Source of the DNA: Yuukianura sp. NJ FZ-2021
Lineage: Eukaryota
Assembly (NCBI GenBank): GCA_046563655.1
Contig: CM102290.1
Location: 14,074,001 to 14,138,000, forward strand
Direction: 5' to 3'
DNA: 64,000 bases
A model generated the notes under the pieces. That model was not told the origin of the DNA, ran no database searches, and saw nothing but the letters and a program-made list of their open reading frames with translations. Shown one piece after another: positions 38,788-53,815 of the stretch; position 1 is the stretch's first letter; each line of letters begins with the position of its first letter. The position numbers and the translations under genes were made by a program.

Positions 38788-39998
38788 ACTCGTCCTGGAT
38801 GTCTCACTTAACTCATGAATGTTATTCTGAACAGTACTAATTTAGCTTGACAAGTATTTGGATGGTTGAGGTTTGAAAGGTATTCTCATATTTAAGAAGT
38901 CGGTGATTGATGAAACCAGTGTTATAGAGGGGCACGGGATCCTGCTGTTTATGTCATACATCAAGTTCAGAACTTAAGTTGAGGGGATGTTTATTTTGAT
39001 AAGGCACGTCTCCCTCCAGTAATTAGCTTAACTCGGATCAACTCATAAGGCAATTAGCAAGTTAAATTTTTACTATAACGGTTAATTTGGAATTGTAATC
39101 CCAGTTATTATGTTAAACCTGCTTGTGAATACTTTGAGACTGAGCGATCTTCAGTGAAGACTCGTCATTTTTTCTCATGTTTATAACGTTACAGAGTTTT
39201 GAACCTAACAGAGTTTGTATAAGGAAGATGGTGCTCCGGCCTGCGTTCCAACTACTATACTATAATTGTGCTTTAAGTTATTCAGTTGTTAATTAGTTCA
39301 GTTCTATTAGATCAATTAGCGTACCAGTGCCGATTCTTTGCCAGTCTTCTATTACTTTTTACATGAGTGACAGTTACTAAGTTTAGGAACTTGAGTCAAG
39401 GTTGGGGCGTTGTGCAATTGAGAAGTTAATCTGATTTTGATTGATTCAAGTGAGAGTTTTGATTTTTTTAGGGTAATTCAGTATAATTTAATTAATTTGT
39501 TACATTTATTTTTGTTGTGTATTTGGTATGTATGCAAGTAAATGTTTTAACTGTTGTGGAATATACTTGGAGGCTGAGATTTTTTTAAACGTGTAGATTC
39601 TAATAGTATGTTTGCGAGGGAAGTTTATTTACAATTTTTTTTTCAAAAGGGATAAAGTTGTTGCTTTTGAGTAATTTCGGAAGTTTGAAGGTTGATTGAT
39701 TGATGATTGATTTGTGTCTGGGACTGTGCTAAGTACTGGATTAATTGAAGAATTTTTTAATTTGATTAATTCGGTGTGAGGAAACGAATCAATGGCGTAT
39801 TCATTGTGACTAGGAAGGTAAGGACAAGGAGAGCTCTAGTATTTAAGGATTTTAGATCGATTAATGCCAATTAATGATCACTTTATGATAAGTTCTTTGG
39901 CATTTACTTGTGTACTTAACATGCTAAGCCTTAGAATTTAGGTGTATGACACTCGCGATTACTAATTGAATATTTTAATTGATTAACTTAGGAGGAAT

Positions 39999-42078
39999 AT
40001 GAGTGTAAAGGACAAGGGCCACCATCCTCCAAACAGAAGACTGGCGGCCGTATCGTTTCTCAACAGCATTTCCTTGAATGGTTCCTATCGAGATGGATGC
40101 TGGCCTTTAGAGAGTGATAAATTGGAACAAGGACTCAACGTACCTTCGATTACTTCACTCAATTCAAGTGAAGCTGAAAACCAAAAGTTACTTGGACCAC
40201 GGGACGATCACCGAAACAATGCAGATAAGCAACGAAGTTCGTCAGCTGCTCTCAGAGAGAATCAACCGGTTAATCGAACAAGGTAGGTCAAGATAATCAA
40301 AAATTACTAACATTTTTACTGAATTGACCAAAATTTTTGTTTAGATCGAATACGGGGAGCTTTGGACGAACTGACGGACTCACACATCATACGAAACATG
40401 CTCGTTTCAGTAGTTCAGAGAGTCTGGATCACGGTAACTCAGAGTTAATCGATTAATGAATGATTTTGAACAGTTATTTAATGTAATGTCCTTGTTTATC
40501 TAGGCAATGCTTCAGACTCTTCGGTCCACTTGGAAAAAACGACAGTCGTCAACATGACGTCAGACTCTTTACCATCAATCAAGAACGAGCGCTTAGTTAT
40601 CCTCGTGTCACATCGAAGTCCGTTGGTTGTGTTCTCTTCCTTGCCGTATTCCAGAGACAGTCGAATCAACAAGTAAGTTTTGGATCAAAAGTATTTTCAA
40701 TTGTCTCATGACGAGGTGTAAGGTTCAGATCTTTGTATCCAGAGCTGTTGATCGTCCTGAACTGATTCGTCGGACTCGAAATGCTTCTGGAAGTCGTCCA
40801 ATCTCTACCCTGAGTGATCCGGATCCGCTGGAACAGTTGGTCCACTTTCAACAAGAGGAGGAGGTAAGCTATGGCTATCTTCTTCACCCAACCAAAGCTT
40901 TCCATGATGTGGACAATCACGGTGGGCCAGGAGTCGGTGGGGACGAAACGGACCACCATCTCATTCCATCCGCCGTTTCCACCAGGTCTCACTTTTCTTC
41001 TTTGTAGACAACAGTAGCAGCAGTGTTGATGGATGGATAAAATATTTCTTCCACTCCCCTCGGAAGTGGTGGATTTATCCGGAGTTTTTTGGTTTCTTCC
41101 GGACGAAACTCAATTTCGTCCATCGGAAACTGGATTTCATCCGGATTTATCCATTTATCCAGTGGATATATCCTGGACGAAATGCTAAAAAAGTGGTATC
41201 CACCAACACTGAGCAGCAGTATGTAGTTTGATTGTTGTTACAAAGTTAATTACTCTTCTTATCCACCATGATTAACTGTTCCTCTCTTTTTTGTTATAGT
41301 TGTCACGTTCAGGATGGCCTGCCAAATGGAACAAGGAATCCAGAAACAGTGTCTCTTCCAGATGCCACTGACACCCATGGGATTGCTGGACACAAGTGTA
41401 CTATGTCTGCCTACTCACCGCATATGCTGGATGACCCTGAGTTTCGTGCTGGAAAACACAGAACTCTCCTAACGTTTCCTTCCTATATTACTTCTGTGAT
41501 AGACTACTGCAAGGCCTCGGATATGAAAAAAGAACTCAACGATAAGTTCAAAGACAGATTTCCACATATACATCTCACGCTGAGTAAACTAAGAAGGTAA
41601 TTCATTAACTAATCAAACATGATTAACCTAAACATTTAACAATTTGACTTTGTTGCAGTTTGAAACGAGAAATGCGTCGAGTGGCCAAAGCAGAGTGTAA
41701 CGTTGACCTTTTGACCGTGGCTCAAGCTTACGTTTACTTTGAGAAACTCATCCTGGGGTCATTTGTTACCAAGTACAATCGGAAGTTCTGTGCTGGCGCG
41801 TGTCTTCTCCTGTCTGCTAAGTTGAATGACGTCAAAGGAATTCATCTCCATAACCTCTTTGATGTAAATACATTCAAATATGCACAAAGTAATTAGAACT
41901 TTCCAATTAACCAATTACTTTTGGTTTTCATTTCCAGATGATAGAGAAAACATTTCGGGTGAATCGAAGAGAGCTACTTAACTTTGAGTTTGGAGTGCTC
42001 GTCGCTCTGGAATTTACGCTTCATCTGCCTACTTGGGAAGTATTTCCACATTACCAGCGTCTCCTGTATGAGTCATAG
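39999..42078 (+). CDS. CABLES: CDK5 and ABL1 enzyme substrate (CABLES), C-terminal cyclin box
   Basis: [72 protein letters not shown]. Confidence 0.93.
41021..41211. mobile_element. hAT-like MITE in a CABLES intron
   Basis: TIR CAGTGTTGATGGAT / ATCCACCAACACTG; 8-bp TSD AGTAGCAG / AGCAGCAG; internal TGGAT/ATCCA subrepeats. Confidence 0.8.
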
Positions 42079-42702
42079 CATTTAGCTTCATCGCTGTTTG
42101 TTCAGCAGCGTCGTACCAGCTTACCATATTCTCATATTCAGCGATTCGTTGTGATAAGCAATAAGGCTAGTAAGTTAGATTTCAGAGTCTCAGTGCACGT
42201 TAGAAAACGAGTATAGTTGAGTCTTGGAGCCCGATAGCCCGTGAAGCATGTGCAGTGCACATTTAGAACAGATAATGCAATAATACTAGTCGAGAAACAT
42301 AATTTCCTAAGATAAAAATGAATTTTGGTAGATAAGTACAAATACTATCCTAAGATAACGGAGAATCGAAAAAAAAAAAAAATTTTTTTTTTGGGGCAAT
42401 GTGCGATTTAGCGAAAAACTCCAGCGCAACGTGTTTAGTTTATTTTTAAGTTCCATTCGTTAAAATTTGTACAAGTTACAAGTAAAAGTCGTGCGTTTTT
42501 CTCTTCCATGTTAATCTAAACAATTTTTTGGAAGTAAGTTTTCTAAGTTAGCCTAACCTGTCGCAGGTTGGGGTAATCTGTCACAGGTCAACTTTGTTTC
42601 TCACCCAGTAAGTAAAACTATTATTTGGTTCCATTTTTTCACACCAAGTAAATTTTAAGCACATTATAAACCAATTGATGAAACGTTGAACTTACGTTTA
42701 GC

Positions 42703-45700
42703 TTATACCAACAGAAATTCACGTTCAGTCTCATCTCCGCCTTCTTCTTGTTGAACATGCAGTTGTGAAGTGGGCAACAATCTTCCAGAAGAACTTCCTT
42801 TCCCGCCACCAAGCGAAGTTCCCGAAAACGTTCGACTGTTCAAACTGGCCAGAGATAGACGAGATCTGGACACTCCAAGGTCATCAATGCCCCGATGAAT
42901 TGAAATGTCATCCAAGTCCCAAACGACGTTTTCATCTGCGACGACGACATCTCGACGTTTCAAGTACTCCATTGTCGTTAGGGTAGCTTTGGTAGGCTTT
43001 TTATACAATTTGAGAAGAAGTGAAGAACAAACGACTGATACTGAACTCATGGCCATTGCCGCTGACCCCATCCACGGTTGGATCATCAAGTGCCAGTAGC
43101 TGAATACTCCAGCAGCCAATGGAATTCCGATTAGGTTGTACACACTGGCCAGCAGAAAGTTGAGTCGGATTCTTTGAACAGTCGTTCGGCTCAAGTCGAG
43201 ACATCCAATGACATCCAGAAGATCGTTTCGAATTAGAACCACATCAGCTGCTTCTACTGCTACGTCTGTTCCAGAAGCAATGGCGATACCGACATCAGCT
43301 TGAGCTAGAGCCGGTGAGTCGTTGATTCCGTCTCCAACCATAGCAACACGATGGCCCATTCCTTGGATTCTTCGGATTTTTTCTACTTTGTGTGACGGTA
43401 GAACTTCGGCAAACACGTGATGAATTCCGACTTGACGAGCGATGGCTGAAGCTGTTTTCTTGTTGTCTCCTGTGAGCAGAATGACGTTGATTCCACGTTT
43501 CTGTAGAGTGTATACTGCCAAATGTGCTTCCGGTTTGACACTGTCAGCAACTGACATCATTGCACTCAATACTCCATCAACGGCACACAAAATGACAGTT
43601 TGACCTTCCTCTTCCAACTTTTCCATTTTGTCATCAACAATTCCCGGCACGGTAATTCCATTTCGACGCATCCACTCTCTATTGCCAACCAGAACTTGGT
43701 ACTTCCGAATTTTTTCATTGCTGTTGTCATCCACACCGACTAAATTGGCCTCTTCATCTTTGGTCCCTGGAGCTACAACGGACATGTCTGACTCCAGCCT
43801 CAATTTCATGGAACAATCTACAGTGACTTGGGACAGCATCAGATAGTCATGATAGTGTCCTTGTCCAACAGCAGGAGCCATGGCTTGATTCTTGAATTGC
43901 CCCATCGTACTTGAGTCATTGACGAGTTGAAGGAGACTGTCAATGTGAGACACTGTAGCCTTGAGACCACAACCAGGAACAGTCTGAAAGTCTTCACACT
44001 TTCCCCCAACTTCGTTCGTTCCGATAAGTTCTTTGACAAACTTGACAATGGCTGTTCCAATTGGATGCTCACTGTTCGACTCCGCTACGCCCATGATGAC
44101 CAGGATCTTCGGAAGAGCCAAGACAACGTCGCTGGAGAAGATTGCAATTCGAGTGAGCATTGGAACTCCGTAGGTGAGGGTTCCAGTCTTGTCAAACACG
44201 ACAGTCTTGACTTTATGTGCATTTTCTAAGGGCTCGGCCCCTTTGATAAGAATTCCATTCAAAGCTCCCACTCCTGTTCCGACCATGACGGCAGTTGGAG
44301 TTGCCAGACCCAAGGAACATGGACAGGCAATTGCCAGTACTGTGAGAGCATAACGAAAAGCATACTGAAACACGATTTCAGGCGGAGTGAATCGTTCTCG
44401 GTCGTAGGGCTACAAAAAGGGCCAAGATTAGTTCGTCTAGAATTTCAAAAACTTCATATGAAGTGAAATTTTTTAAGCTTACTTTGACATTTAGGGCTTC
44501 AAAATTGACGAAACCAACGATAATCCATCCAATGAGAGTGGCACAGGCGACTCCAACGACGATTGGAACAAAGTAACCCGCAATTTTGTCAGCCAATTGC
44601 TGAATTGGTGCTTTGGAAGTTTGGGCCTCTTCAACCAACTTGACAATTTGGGCTAAAGTTGTGTCATCTCCGACTTGTGTGGCCTTGACTAGAAGAACAC
44701 CGTTGATATTCACTGAACCACCAATCACCATTGAGTCTGGAAATGACAAAGTTATGATGTTAAGGTAAAATAACATAATCGATTAACTTAAAAATATTTC
44801 TATGAATATAAGAACGTTAAGTTACCATTCTTCTTGACCACCGGCATGGATTCTCCCGTGATCAGTGACTCGTCACACATAGAATTGCCATGAACAACTT
44901 TGCCATCCACGGGAACTTTTGAGCCAGGTACAATCTAAATTTAAAAATTCCAAATTTTGAATTTTGAACATAACTTCAGCTTCATTCTGAAAATGTTTAA
45001 CAATTGAAATTGTAGATTACCTTGAGGATATCACTCCGCTGGACGAGATCCACTGAGATCTTTCTTTCCGATAAGATTTCAAAGTCTTTGGACACGGTAA
45101 CGATAACAGCCTCGGTAGCTTTGAGCGACAGAAGTTTCGCTAGTGCTTCTGACGTTTTTCCCTGGAAACAAGCATTACAGTCACATTAACTCACAGCTGA
45201 TTTGCTACTAGCAAAAATACTTTTAGCTAGAACTTACCTTTGCAATGTGTTCCAGCCAGCGACCAAGAGAGACGAAGAGAAGTAACATCGGCGGCGTGTC
45301 AAAGAAGGTCATCGGACTTGGGTCATGAGCCAAAATCACAGCAGCTAAGAGAACAACGAGGGAGTAGACGTAGGAAATGGTCGTGGCCAGCATAATCAAC
45401 ACGTCCATGTTCGTAGAGTGGTGCTTGAGGGCCTTCCAAGCTGCGACGTAGAAGTGCCTCCCGCCAATAAACTGTTTTCAGGCAAAGTTATGTTAGTGTT
45501 GCATTACTTTAGGTAAAACCCACAATCATGTACGAGTGTTGAACAGAGATACGCACTTGTACTGGAGTAGCCAAGAGGAAGAGAAGGAAGTTTTCCAGCG
45601 AGAGACCCGGGATGATACAGAGCGGAAGTTCGCATTTTGGAATATGATGACCATGGTGGTCCATGTCCATAGTCATCATAAAGTACATCATAATTGCCAT

Positions 45701-46601
45701 ACTCGGGACTCCAAAGATAAGTGAGACGATGAAGGAGTTTCGCCACTTCCGTGTCATGTCTCTGTGGTCTAAGTGATGATCGTCTCGATTATTCTGCAAC
45801 GAGGCTTCGAATCCCATATCCTGGAAGCATACAATAGCAATAAGAATGTCATTCTTCAAAAGTCCATAACTCCAGTAACTAATTGAACGTGTTCCACTTA
45901 CACAAATGATATCAATGATGTCTCTTGGTCCAGTGATTTCTGGATCATACTTGAAGTGGCCTAGGCTCAGTGATAAGCTAATACTGGCAAATGTGATCCC
46001 ATCTTCTTTCAATACTCGTTTTTCGATTGTATTTACACAAGAGGAACAGGTCATTCCCTTGATCTAGAAAAACCAAAGATAGTTTCCGATTACCCCAAAA
46101 CATATCAACATTGATTGATTAAGGTAAAGTTAGATTAGCCAATTACTAGAATTTTAACTTCTCCTTTTCCAGCACTTGGATCATCAATTACTTCCGAAGG
46201 GAATCCCATGTCTGTAATGGCTTCAGCGATTTCAGCTGGTTGGATCTTGGAAGTTTCATATTTCACATCCGCTTTGGCCGCCATTAGAGCCACAGCAATA
46301 TCCACAACTCCTGCACAAATTAAAATCAATTCAATTAGTTTTCCCCAGACGTCACTCATCTCATTACCCATTCATTTCTCTGCTACTTAACTCAAGTCCT
46401 GGCGTTCGTAAATCGTCATAATACACCCAAATTATTCCATAAATCATGACGTATCTTTTAATTAGTCTTACCATCCAGTTTCCTTGCTCTCTTTTCAATG
46501 GCAGCGACACACGAGGCACAGGTCATGCCCGTGACCCTAATGATACACTGGCCCATTCCCACAAGCGCCTTGTATTCCTCTCCGTCCTTCTTCTTATCCA
46601 T
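42703..46601 (-). CDS. ATP7: Copper-transporting P1B-type ATPase, ~9 exons
   Basis: GMTCASC and [56 protein letters not shown]-terminal EREFLL dileucine motif; a short 5' extension is possible. Confidence 0.97.
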
Positions 46602-47496
46602 GATTGATTTCCTGGTTGAGGACCAATCAGCTGTTCCGTCTCTTCTAACTTCTGGAAGATTCTTACTAAACGACTAATCAACGATTTGTCGATTAAGGTC
46701 ACAGGTCGCCCACCATTTGGTTATGTTAGTAGATGACGAGTGACAATGACGAATGTTGACCTTCCAAATTGGAAACAATATGGTTGGCAATGAAAAGTTA
46801 AATTTAGACTTGAATCACGGAGTTGAATGTTAGTGATTTCTTTTGTCTTCTCCTCCTCTCCTCTCAATTTACTAAGTACTTAATAAACTAATCTCCAATT
46901 AACTCTTTGGAGGTGTTACTTGTGCTATAATCCTCTAAAAGAAGAGAACAATAGACGTGACACCTCGCGTGTGAACACTAAAGAGTGCAGCTTATAGTGT
47001 CCGTGTGAGATGTGAAGTGGGGCACCCATACAGCACAGAATGGCACAGGAATCTCGTCTTATTTTTGTCACTTCCACTTCTCTCCCGCCGCCCACCACTG
47101 GATCCCTGGCTAAATTGACTAAATTGACGTCATCAAAGCGTTTATCCAGCGCTACGGCTCCAGAATCCTGGACATGTTGCTGACCGGAAGTTGATCTGGA
47201 CGGGACACTGTAGCTTGACTTTGACTGGAAGTTGACATGACTATGAACCGGAGACTGAAGAGACTATAAATATCAGGATGTACCGGAAGGAGGCCTTATG
47301 AATTGCTCTGGAAAAATTATTCAAATTTAATAAATCCTGTGGTGATAAAATTAAGTAACAGTAGGAAACATAAAAAAGATCAGTCTGGATCTCTAAGTAA
47401 GTGGACAGTATTTTAAGTAAGGATGGTTGTCTGGATTTTGTTTTAGGACAGGTTCAGATCGCTGATAAACTTTGTTGTATTGGTGCATGCAATTCA

Positions 47497-50400
47497 TTAC
47501 TGAAGCGTCTCTTCGTCCGAACTGGGCTCGGAGATTTCAAACTGGTCGCCATCATCGTTTTCCTCCTCGTCGTCGTCGCCTGGTTCCTCTCCGTCTCCGT
47601 CGTTGTCTCCCGCTGCTACCTCGGTCTTTCGTTTCTTACAAGATCGATCGTTCGGATCCAGTTTGTTAGCTTGAGCCACCGTCAGATGTTTCATGAACGC
47701 TGTTAGACTTTGTTTCACTCGATTGTTGGAACAAACCTAACAAAATTCAAGTCAAACATTAAATTCTGATTCCATTTAGGCTTAATTCGTTTTATTCTTC
47801 GTCAACTTAGCTTCAAATTACTTACACGCAAGAGACGATTGACTTTCTTGATTATGACTTCCAGTTCATTGGCTCCCAGTCCACTCAAATTGATAAACTT
47901 GAGGCTCTTGGCAAGAGTAGCCACTTCTGGAGAAGGAGTCAATCGGTCCATCTCGACCAAGATGTTGTCAGCCAACAACGCATGAATGTTCTGCAAATAA
48001 AAAAAAGTTGCGTATTTCATGTCTTAAACTCTCGGACTCCAACAACAATCGAGACACAACTTACTTCCGGATTTTCAACAAACGTCGTCAACGCTACAGC
48101 GCTGGTGGCAGAAGCAACGAATTTAGCAAGTGCCTCAGCCGATGCATCGGCCAGCGGCGATTCTCTTCCAGCATACATTAGCTTTCTCATTCTAAAATGT
48201 CAAACAGCAAATTGATTAATTCAATCACCCGCTAACTACGAAACCAAACTTAAAGTAGTTTCACTTACGCAGGAACAAATGCATCAGCTATCATGGACGC
48301 TCTCTCATGACTAAGCTTGGCATAAACTGGCACCCAAATGTTCATCCGGTTGAAGATCCTCGAATGAGCTATATCACCACAAGTAAAAAAAATTAACAAA
48401 ATTATGACCACTCCACATCCGTATAAAGTTTTAGTATACTTTTAAAACTATTTTTTGAAAAATCACAAAGTCGACATGGACATGAGGATCTTACCGTACA
48501 CTGGATTGCTCCACATCGTCAAGATCCTGGTAACGAACGAGGCGGAACCAAAATGCTGCATGGTGGCCAATTTCATGAGTCCTTCGGCTGCTGTTCTCAC
48601 CATGTCCTGGTTCTGAAAATTCACATCAAGATGTTAGCATAGTTATTATAATACTGTATAATAATATTATATACTTATAAGAAATTAAAGGTGACAACTC
48701 TCAAAATGTTTAGCTTCAAACCACGGTTTGTGCTAAAATTTAAGAAGTACTGCAACTTCCACAGTCATGAAAAACTAAATTCCAACGTATTGTTTTTAAA
48801 AAACCCCATCACACCTTCCAACTTTCTAACGTATTACTTTTTTTAAAAAGTGCTGGTCAGGCTAGAAATCTATGACGATTGAACTGGCCTGGGGCGAAGT
48901 CCCAGTACGCTCGTATAATAAATAATAATTAAATTACGTTTGAATTTAGTTGATTGATTAGATGCTGCATCAAACTGGTTCCTCCCTCCTCCAATAAGGA
49001 ATTGTTGAAGCTTTCTCTACAGTTAGTACTCCCCTTTCCGGCCAACAACTGCTCAATCTTGGCATCTATACATTATTTTTTAATTTAAAACAAAAAAACA
49101 TTGCTTTAGAAATGACTGAATCCCAAAACTGCTTTTGAAAAAATTGAATACTTCAAACTTACCCTCGAAAACTTTGAATCCATACACCATCAACATGTCA
49201 AACATGGCCCGCAGTCCTGTAAGTGCAATTTTTTCGGCATCATGCAACAACGCCTGTAATAAAAAACATAAAAAAGTTAGACCCTTCAAAAACGTTTCTG
49301 AAATTCCAAAAAAATCAAGTTTTTCACCAATTGAAATACTGTCAAGAGTACCTGAAGACAAACATGCATGCTTTTGGGCGCCTCTGCTGAGCAAAGTGAA
49401 CCAACTGCTCCCATGATATGAATCACAAGACGCCGCACTTCGATGGTATCGGACTGGAAATAAGCAAAAGTTAGGTTAGTTTCCTAAAATTTGTGTTAGA
49501 TTAGGTTAGTTTTCTTACCAAAAGTGAGCGCGGAACATAAGTCTCGTAGAACGTGCGGATCATTGGAGTAATTCTCTTGGTTCTGATGATGTGTTCCAGA
49601 AATGACGCCAGTGCAAACTGAAGTATAGCTGGTAAGTAGCTGCTAGGATCCATGATAACGCCTTCTTCCTCATCCTCTTCATTTTCATTGGTTGGTGCAG
49701 AACTGGGTATCTGCGCAGCGCGAGAAGTAGAAGGGCCGGGATTGGCCTGTTCTTGAACCGCCAGAGCATGTGCCTCCGAGAGTCTTTTTGGACGCAAAGA
49801 GTCTGTTTTGGCCGTAAGTTGCTCAATCTGCGTCTGGAGTTCTGCTGCCAACAGATAGTCGTTCTTCAACAAAGCCTCGGCCTTTTGTCCAATCAGTTTG
49901 TGTTTCTTATGGATCAACATGCCAAACTAAACAAAAAACACAAACATTAGTTCAACTCAACCCATAATTTTATGAAACAACAGTAAGAAGTTGGTCAAAC
50001 TGACGAAATTTGAAACAACTCACCTGTAGTTTCTTCTCAGGCGAATCGTTGACATCTTCCGGTGACGATGGTGATTGTGGCTCCTCTGTGACAGTTTCGT
50101 CTTGGTTGTTTTGTAGTGAGTTCAACAGAAGCGGATCATTCCTGCCATCGTACAACATTTTATCCATCAAGTTGAAGAAGAAGGCCTCTCGCTTCTTCTC
50201 ATCCGGCAAAAGTGTTTGTTGCAAATCCATGATCACTCGAACATGAACCGTGTCAATGTACACAAAATTCACCGTTTGAACCAGCACTGAGAGGAGTTCT
50301 TTCCTAAATACATACAAATTAATTAACTTAACTAATCAATTAATCAACAAAAAACTAATCAATAGACTTGGTTCCAATTACCGTCCACCTTCTTCCAATC

Positions 50401-52454
50401 GCGCAGCAGCATAACGCAGAATGGCGATCAGTTGTTCTAAAACTTCGGGTCCATGAATACCAATATAGTTGTCTGGATACTTCTCGTAGTACCTTATGTT
50501 GAAAATGACAAAAAATTAAAACTTCATCCAAACTAAAAAATTTTTCAAACATTTAAAAAAAAAAGTTACTCACCGTTTTAGATATGTGCACATATCATGG
50601 ACTTCAGGCAAAATGACTTGAGCACAGATCGGATATTCACGGAATTTCAACATGACGTATCTCCAGTACACGGCGACTTCGTTCGACAGTTTCTTTAGCG
50701 GAATCAGCTTCTTGTCACCCCACAGACATAGGTCCACTTTACGAAATCGTTCAGTGACAGTTCCCTCACTAAACAAAAAAAAAACGTTTAAAAACGACTT
50801 TTCAAAAACATAAAAAAAAAATGCTAAAAACTTACTCATAAATTGCGTCCATAGCCAAGTAACAGACTTTCCTCCCTACGACAACATCAAGTTTCGATAG
50901 AAGCCGAATAACATTGTCACCACTTTGGGCCAACCAAGCATGGACGACCTTCCGACCAGCAGCTTTGATCTTCTCTGTAACAATTACAAAATTATTATTA
51001 AAAATCAACTTCTTTAGTTTACTAGTTTAGTTTAACTTTTAAAAAAAACTTGATTTTTGTTTTTAAAAAGTTACTTGGCTTATCAATGTCCAGTCCAGAC
51101 AGGATAACGTATTCCCGATTGTCAATCGTCAGTTTGTCGATAGGCACATTTTCAGCAACATAGTTCAAGGCAGCTTCGCGAACAGTTTCATCTGCGTCAC
51201 CCACTCGTTTCAGAATCGCTTCCATTGTAACATCGTTGAAATTGAGTGATTCGAGAGCAGCTTTACGAGCGACAGGGTTTGGATCCTTGGCAGCCCAGAG
51301 CTGTAACCCTAAAAACGTAACAACAATTTAAATTTAATTTAGTTACACACTTTCTCATTAGAATTTGAATTTGAAATTTTACATTTCGTGGCTTCGCAAA
51401 CTCTGGGATTCTCGTCTAATTGGAAATGCTTGAGACCTTTAATCGCTGGAATTCTTACACTGGGCTCAAGATCCTGCAAAAATCAAAAAGCCAATCAGGA
51501 ATGGAGATAATTTTAATTAATTTATAATTAAAATGATTATATTTTATTCATTATGATTGGCATACCCTGCAACGGTGAAGGTACATGAACTCTAGACCCT
51601 CTAAGATACCTTCAGGTAATTCCTCAACACTACTGATCGAATCCAGAAGTCTATTACATACGGTCACCAATCGCTCACGTACGATAGTCTCCTCGTCGAA
51701 ATTGTACTAAAAAGAAGAAGTATAAATAAATACAAATTATACATAAATAAATATAAAAATAAAAAAAGCAATCCCTTACTCCGATGAAGCTCGTGAACAC
51801 CTCATTTCGAAATTCCTCCTTCTTCTTCTGCTCATCCGATTCATCCTGTGGAGATTTTGCCAGTTGGTAAAAAAAGCAGTCTTCCAGATTACGCCTAATT
51901 TCAGCACAGTTGCGCTTCCGCGTTTGGATCCAAGTTTGTCTCATTACAACCAACAAGCATTCAGTGAATACATCCAGGGGATACTGTAAGAACAAAAATA
52001 GAGTTAATTAGTCACTATCAAAGTCAATCGAGAGTTACCAAGGAAAACACAATACCTTGTCACGCAATTCCTTCAATTCTCCGAGTATCTTCCTACTTTC
52101 TGTGCTCCCTCCACAACGTTTTCCGGTGTTAAACTCAACACACTGTGCGTCGCTCATAATGTTCGCAATTTCTCCCTTAATGCCGGCTAGGAAATTCCAG
52201 TCCCAGTTCTTGCGGACATAGTCACCTGTAGCCTTTTCATAGGCAGTTGGACCTTTCGATTGAGCCTGCATTGCTGATCGAGATGTCCCAGCTACTTCTG
52301 CTTTCCGTTGGGCTGGTGGCTTTGCAGGGACGGAACGGCGTAATAAGGATCCGCGTCCAGGGTTGACATTCCTTCCTCGGGATGATGACGACGACGAGGC
52401 TTCCGAAGTTCGGCTGGACTCCGGTGCAGCAAATTTGGACAAAGTGGGAGGCAT
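47497..52454 (-). CDS. NCAPG: Condensin I subunit G (CAP-G), divergent, ~16 exons
   Basis: HEAT segment KDPNPVARKAAL...ILKRVGDADETVREAAL...LTIDNREYVILSGL; LRAMFDMLMVYG; VRTAAEGLMKL...RILTMWSNP; acidic tail. Confidence 0.8.
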
Positions 52455-53815
52455 TCTTCGATTCTTCTAACCTGCATAAAATCACAAATGTAAATAACCA
52501 TCGAATATGCTTATCTTAAGGGTCAATTGACGTAAAGGCCCATTTTCAAAGAAGTTAACCGATTTTTTAAAAATCCAACGTCAAAAACGAAACTGTGTCG
52601 AATCAATCGTTAACTTACTTCAATCCTACAGCAGGACGTCACGTAGGCATCAACTAACGTTAGAGTAGAGAAGATACCTAGTTTTAGCTTTGTGAAGGGT
52701 TCAATTGACCTCTTTTCAATTGAAGGGTGATTGGGCAATTGACCTCTGCCAGAATCGGCTTATTAGAATTGTACAGATAGGACAGTGTAGATATATAAGT
52801 TGTCTCTTACCGGTGATGGAAGTGACGGAGGCTCAGGTTAGATTAATTGAGTTAATCAATTAACTTGACGTCAGTAAATTGATCAGAAACAATTGTTCAA
52901 CGTTGAATTGAGTCGTAGCAGGTCAAAAAAGAGCAATCAAAGAAGGAGTAGTTCCAGCTCAAGATCCAAAAAAGGACTAAGCAGCAAGATGGCCGGACAA
53001 GTAGACAAAGGGCGGTCCGATGTCATGTGTCCAGTGCGGGAGGAATTCCGTGGGAAATTCAAATTCAAAAAAATTTTGAAGTTCAAGACACGGATACCGA
53101 ACGAAAACTACGAAATAAACAAAGCAAAATAAACTAAAAACTGACAGCTGAATTAAAAAACCGCCAAAACTTTTGAACATCACCCGCCAAATCTAGCACC
53201 CTCTCAACCACAGCTGGGCAAATACAACGATAAGGAGTTATAAGAATTAAGTTAATTAACTAACTTCACTTTAATTAACTCAACTAAATACTAATTAGAA
53301 AAGCTTTTCATAGATTACTTTAGTTTAATCTACATCAACTAATTTTCGTCATTTTTCCTGGACCTCATCAGTACCTCATTTGGTTAACATGTGATGCCTA
53401 ATTTTGGATTTAATTGTTCAATTGTCCACTAAATGTTATAATATTGTGCACTATCATCATCAAATCGATAGTCAATTTGTGTTTAAGGTGAGACATCAGG
53501 TCAATAAAAATAACGCTAAAAAACGCTCTGTAGACATAGCAACGGCTGAGAATTGAGAATTAACACATTACGCAATCATACAAAACCCCGAACGGGTGGA
53601 TTCTCTACGATTGAAATTTGCTTGAAACTCATGCTAACTCGCGAATCACTGCGTTGGATTTCAAATTTGTGGATCATTCGCGGGTTTTTCTCAATGAACA
53701 TGGCGAAGTGGATGAGCCACTTCTGATACTCAATTCTCAAGTCGCCCCAACTCTTAGTGACGTAATACGAAATTGTAATTTGTAAACACGAAATTCGTGA
53801 ACTCTGACCCAATCG

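Noticed and set aside
2058..45900. Several stop-free 3n introns (PIBF1 x2, CDA, CPEB1, ATP7) suggesting programmed intron retention
   Set aside because: About five among many dozens of short introns is within rough chance expectation
1660..52454. Cell-cycle or germline gene cluster (PIBF1, CDC16, CPEB1, CABLES, NCAPG)
   Set aside because: Interspersed with unrelated housekeeping genes and no shared regulatory signature beyond generic motifs
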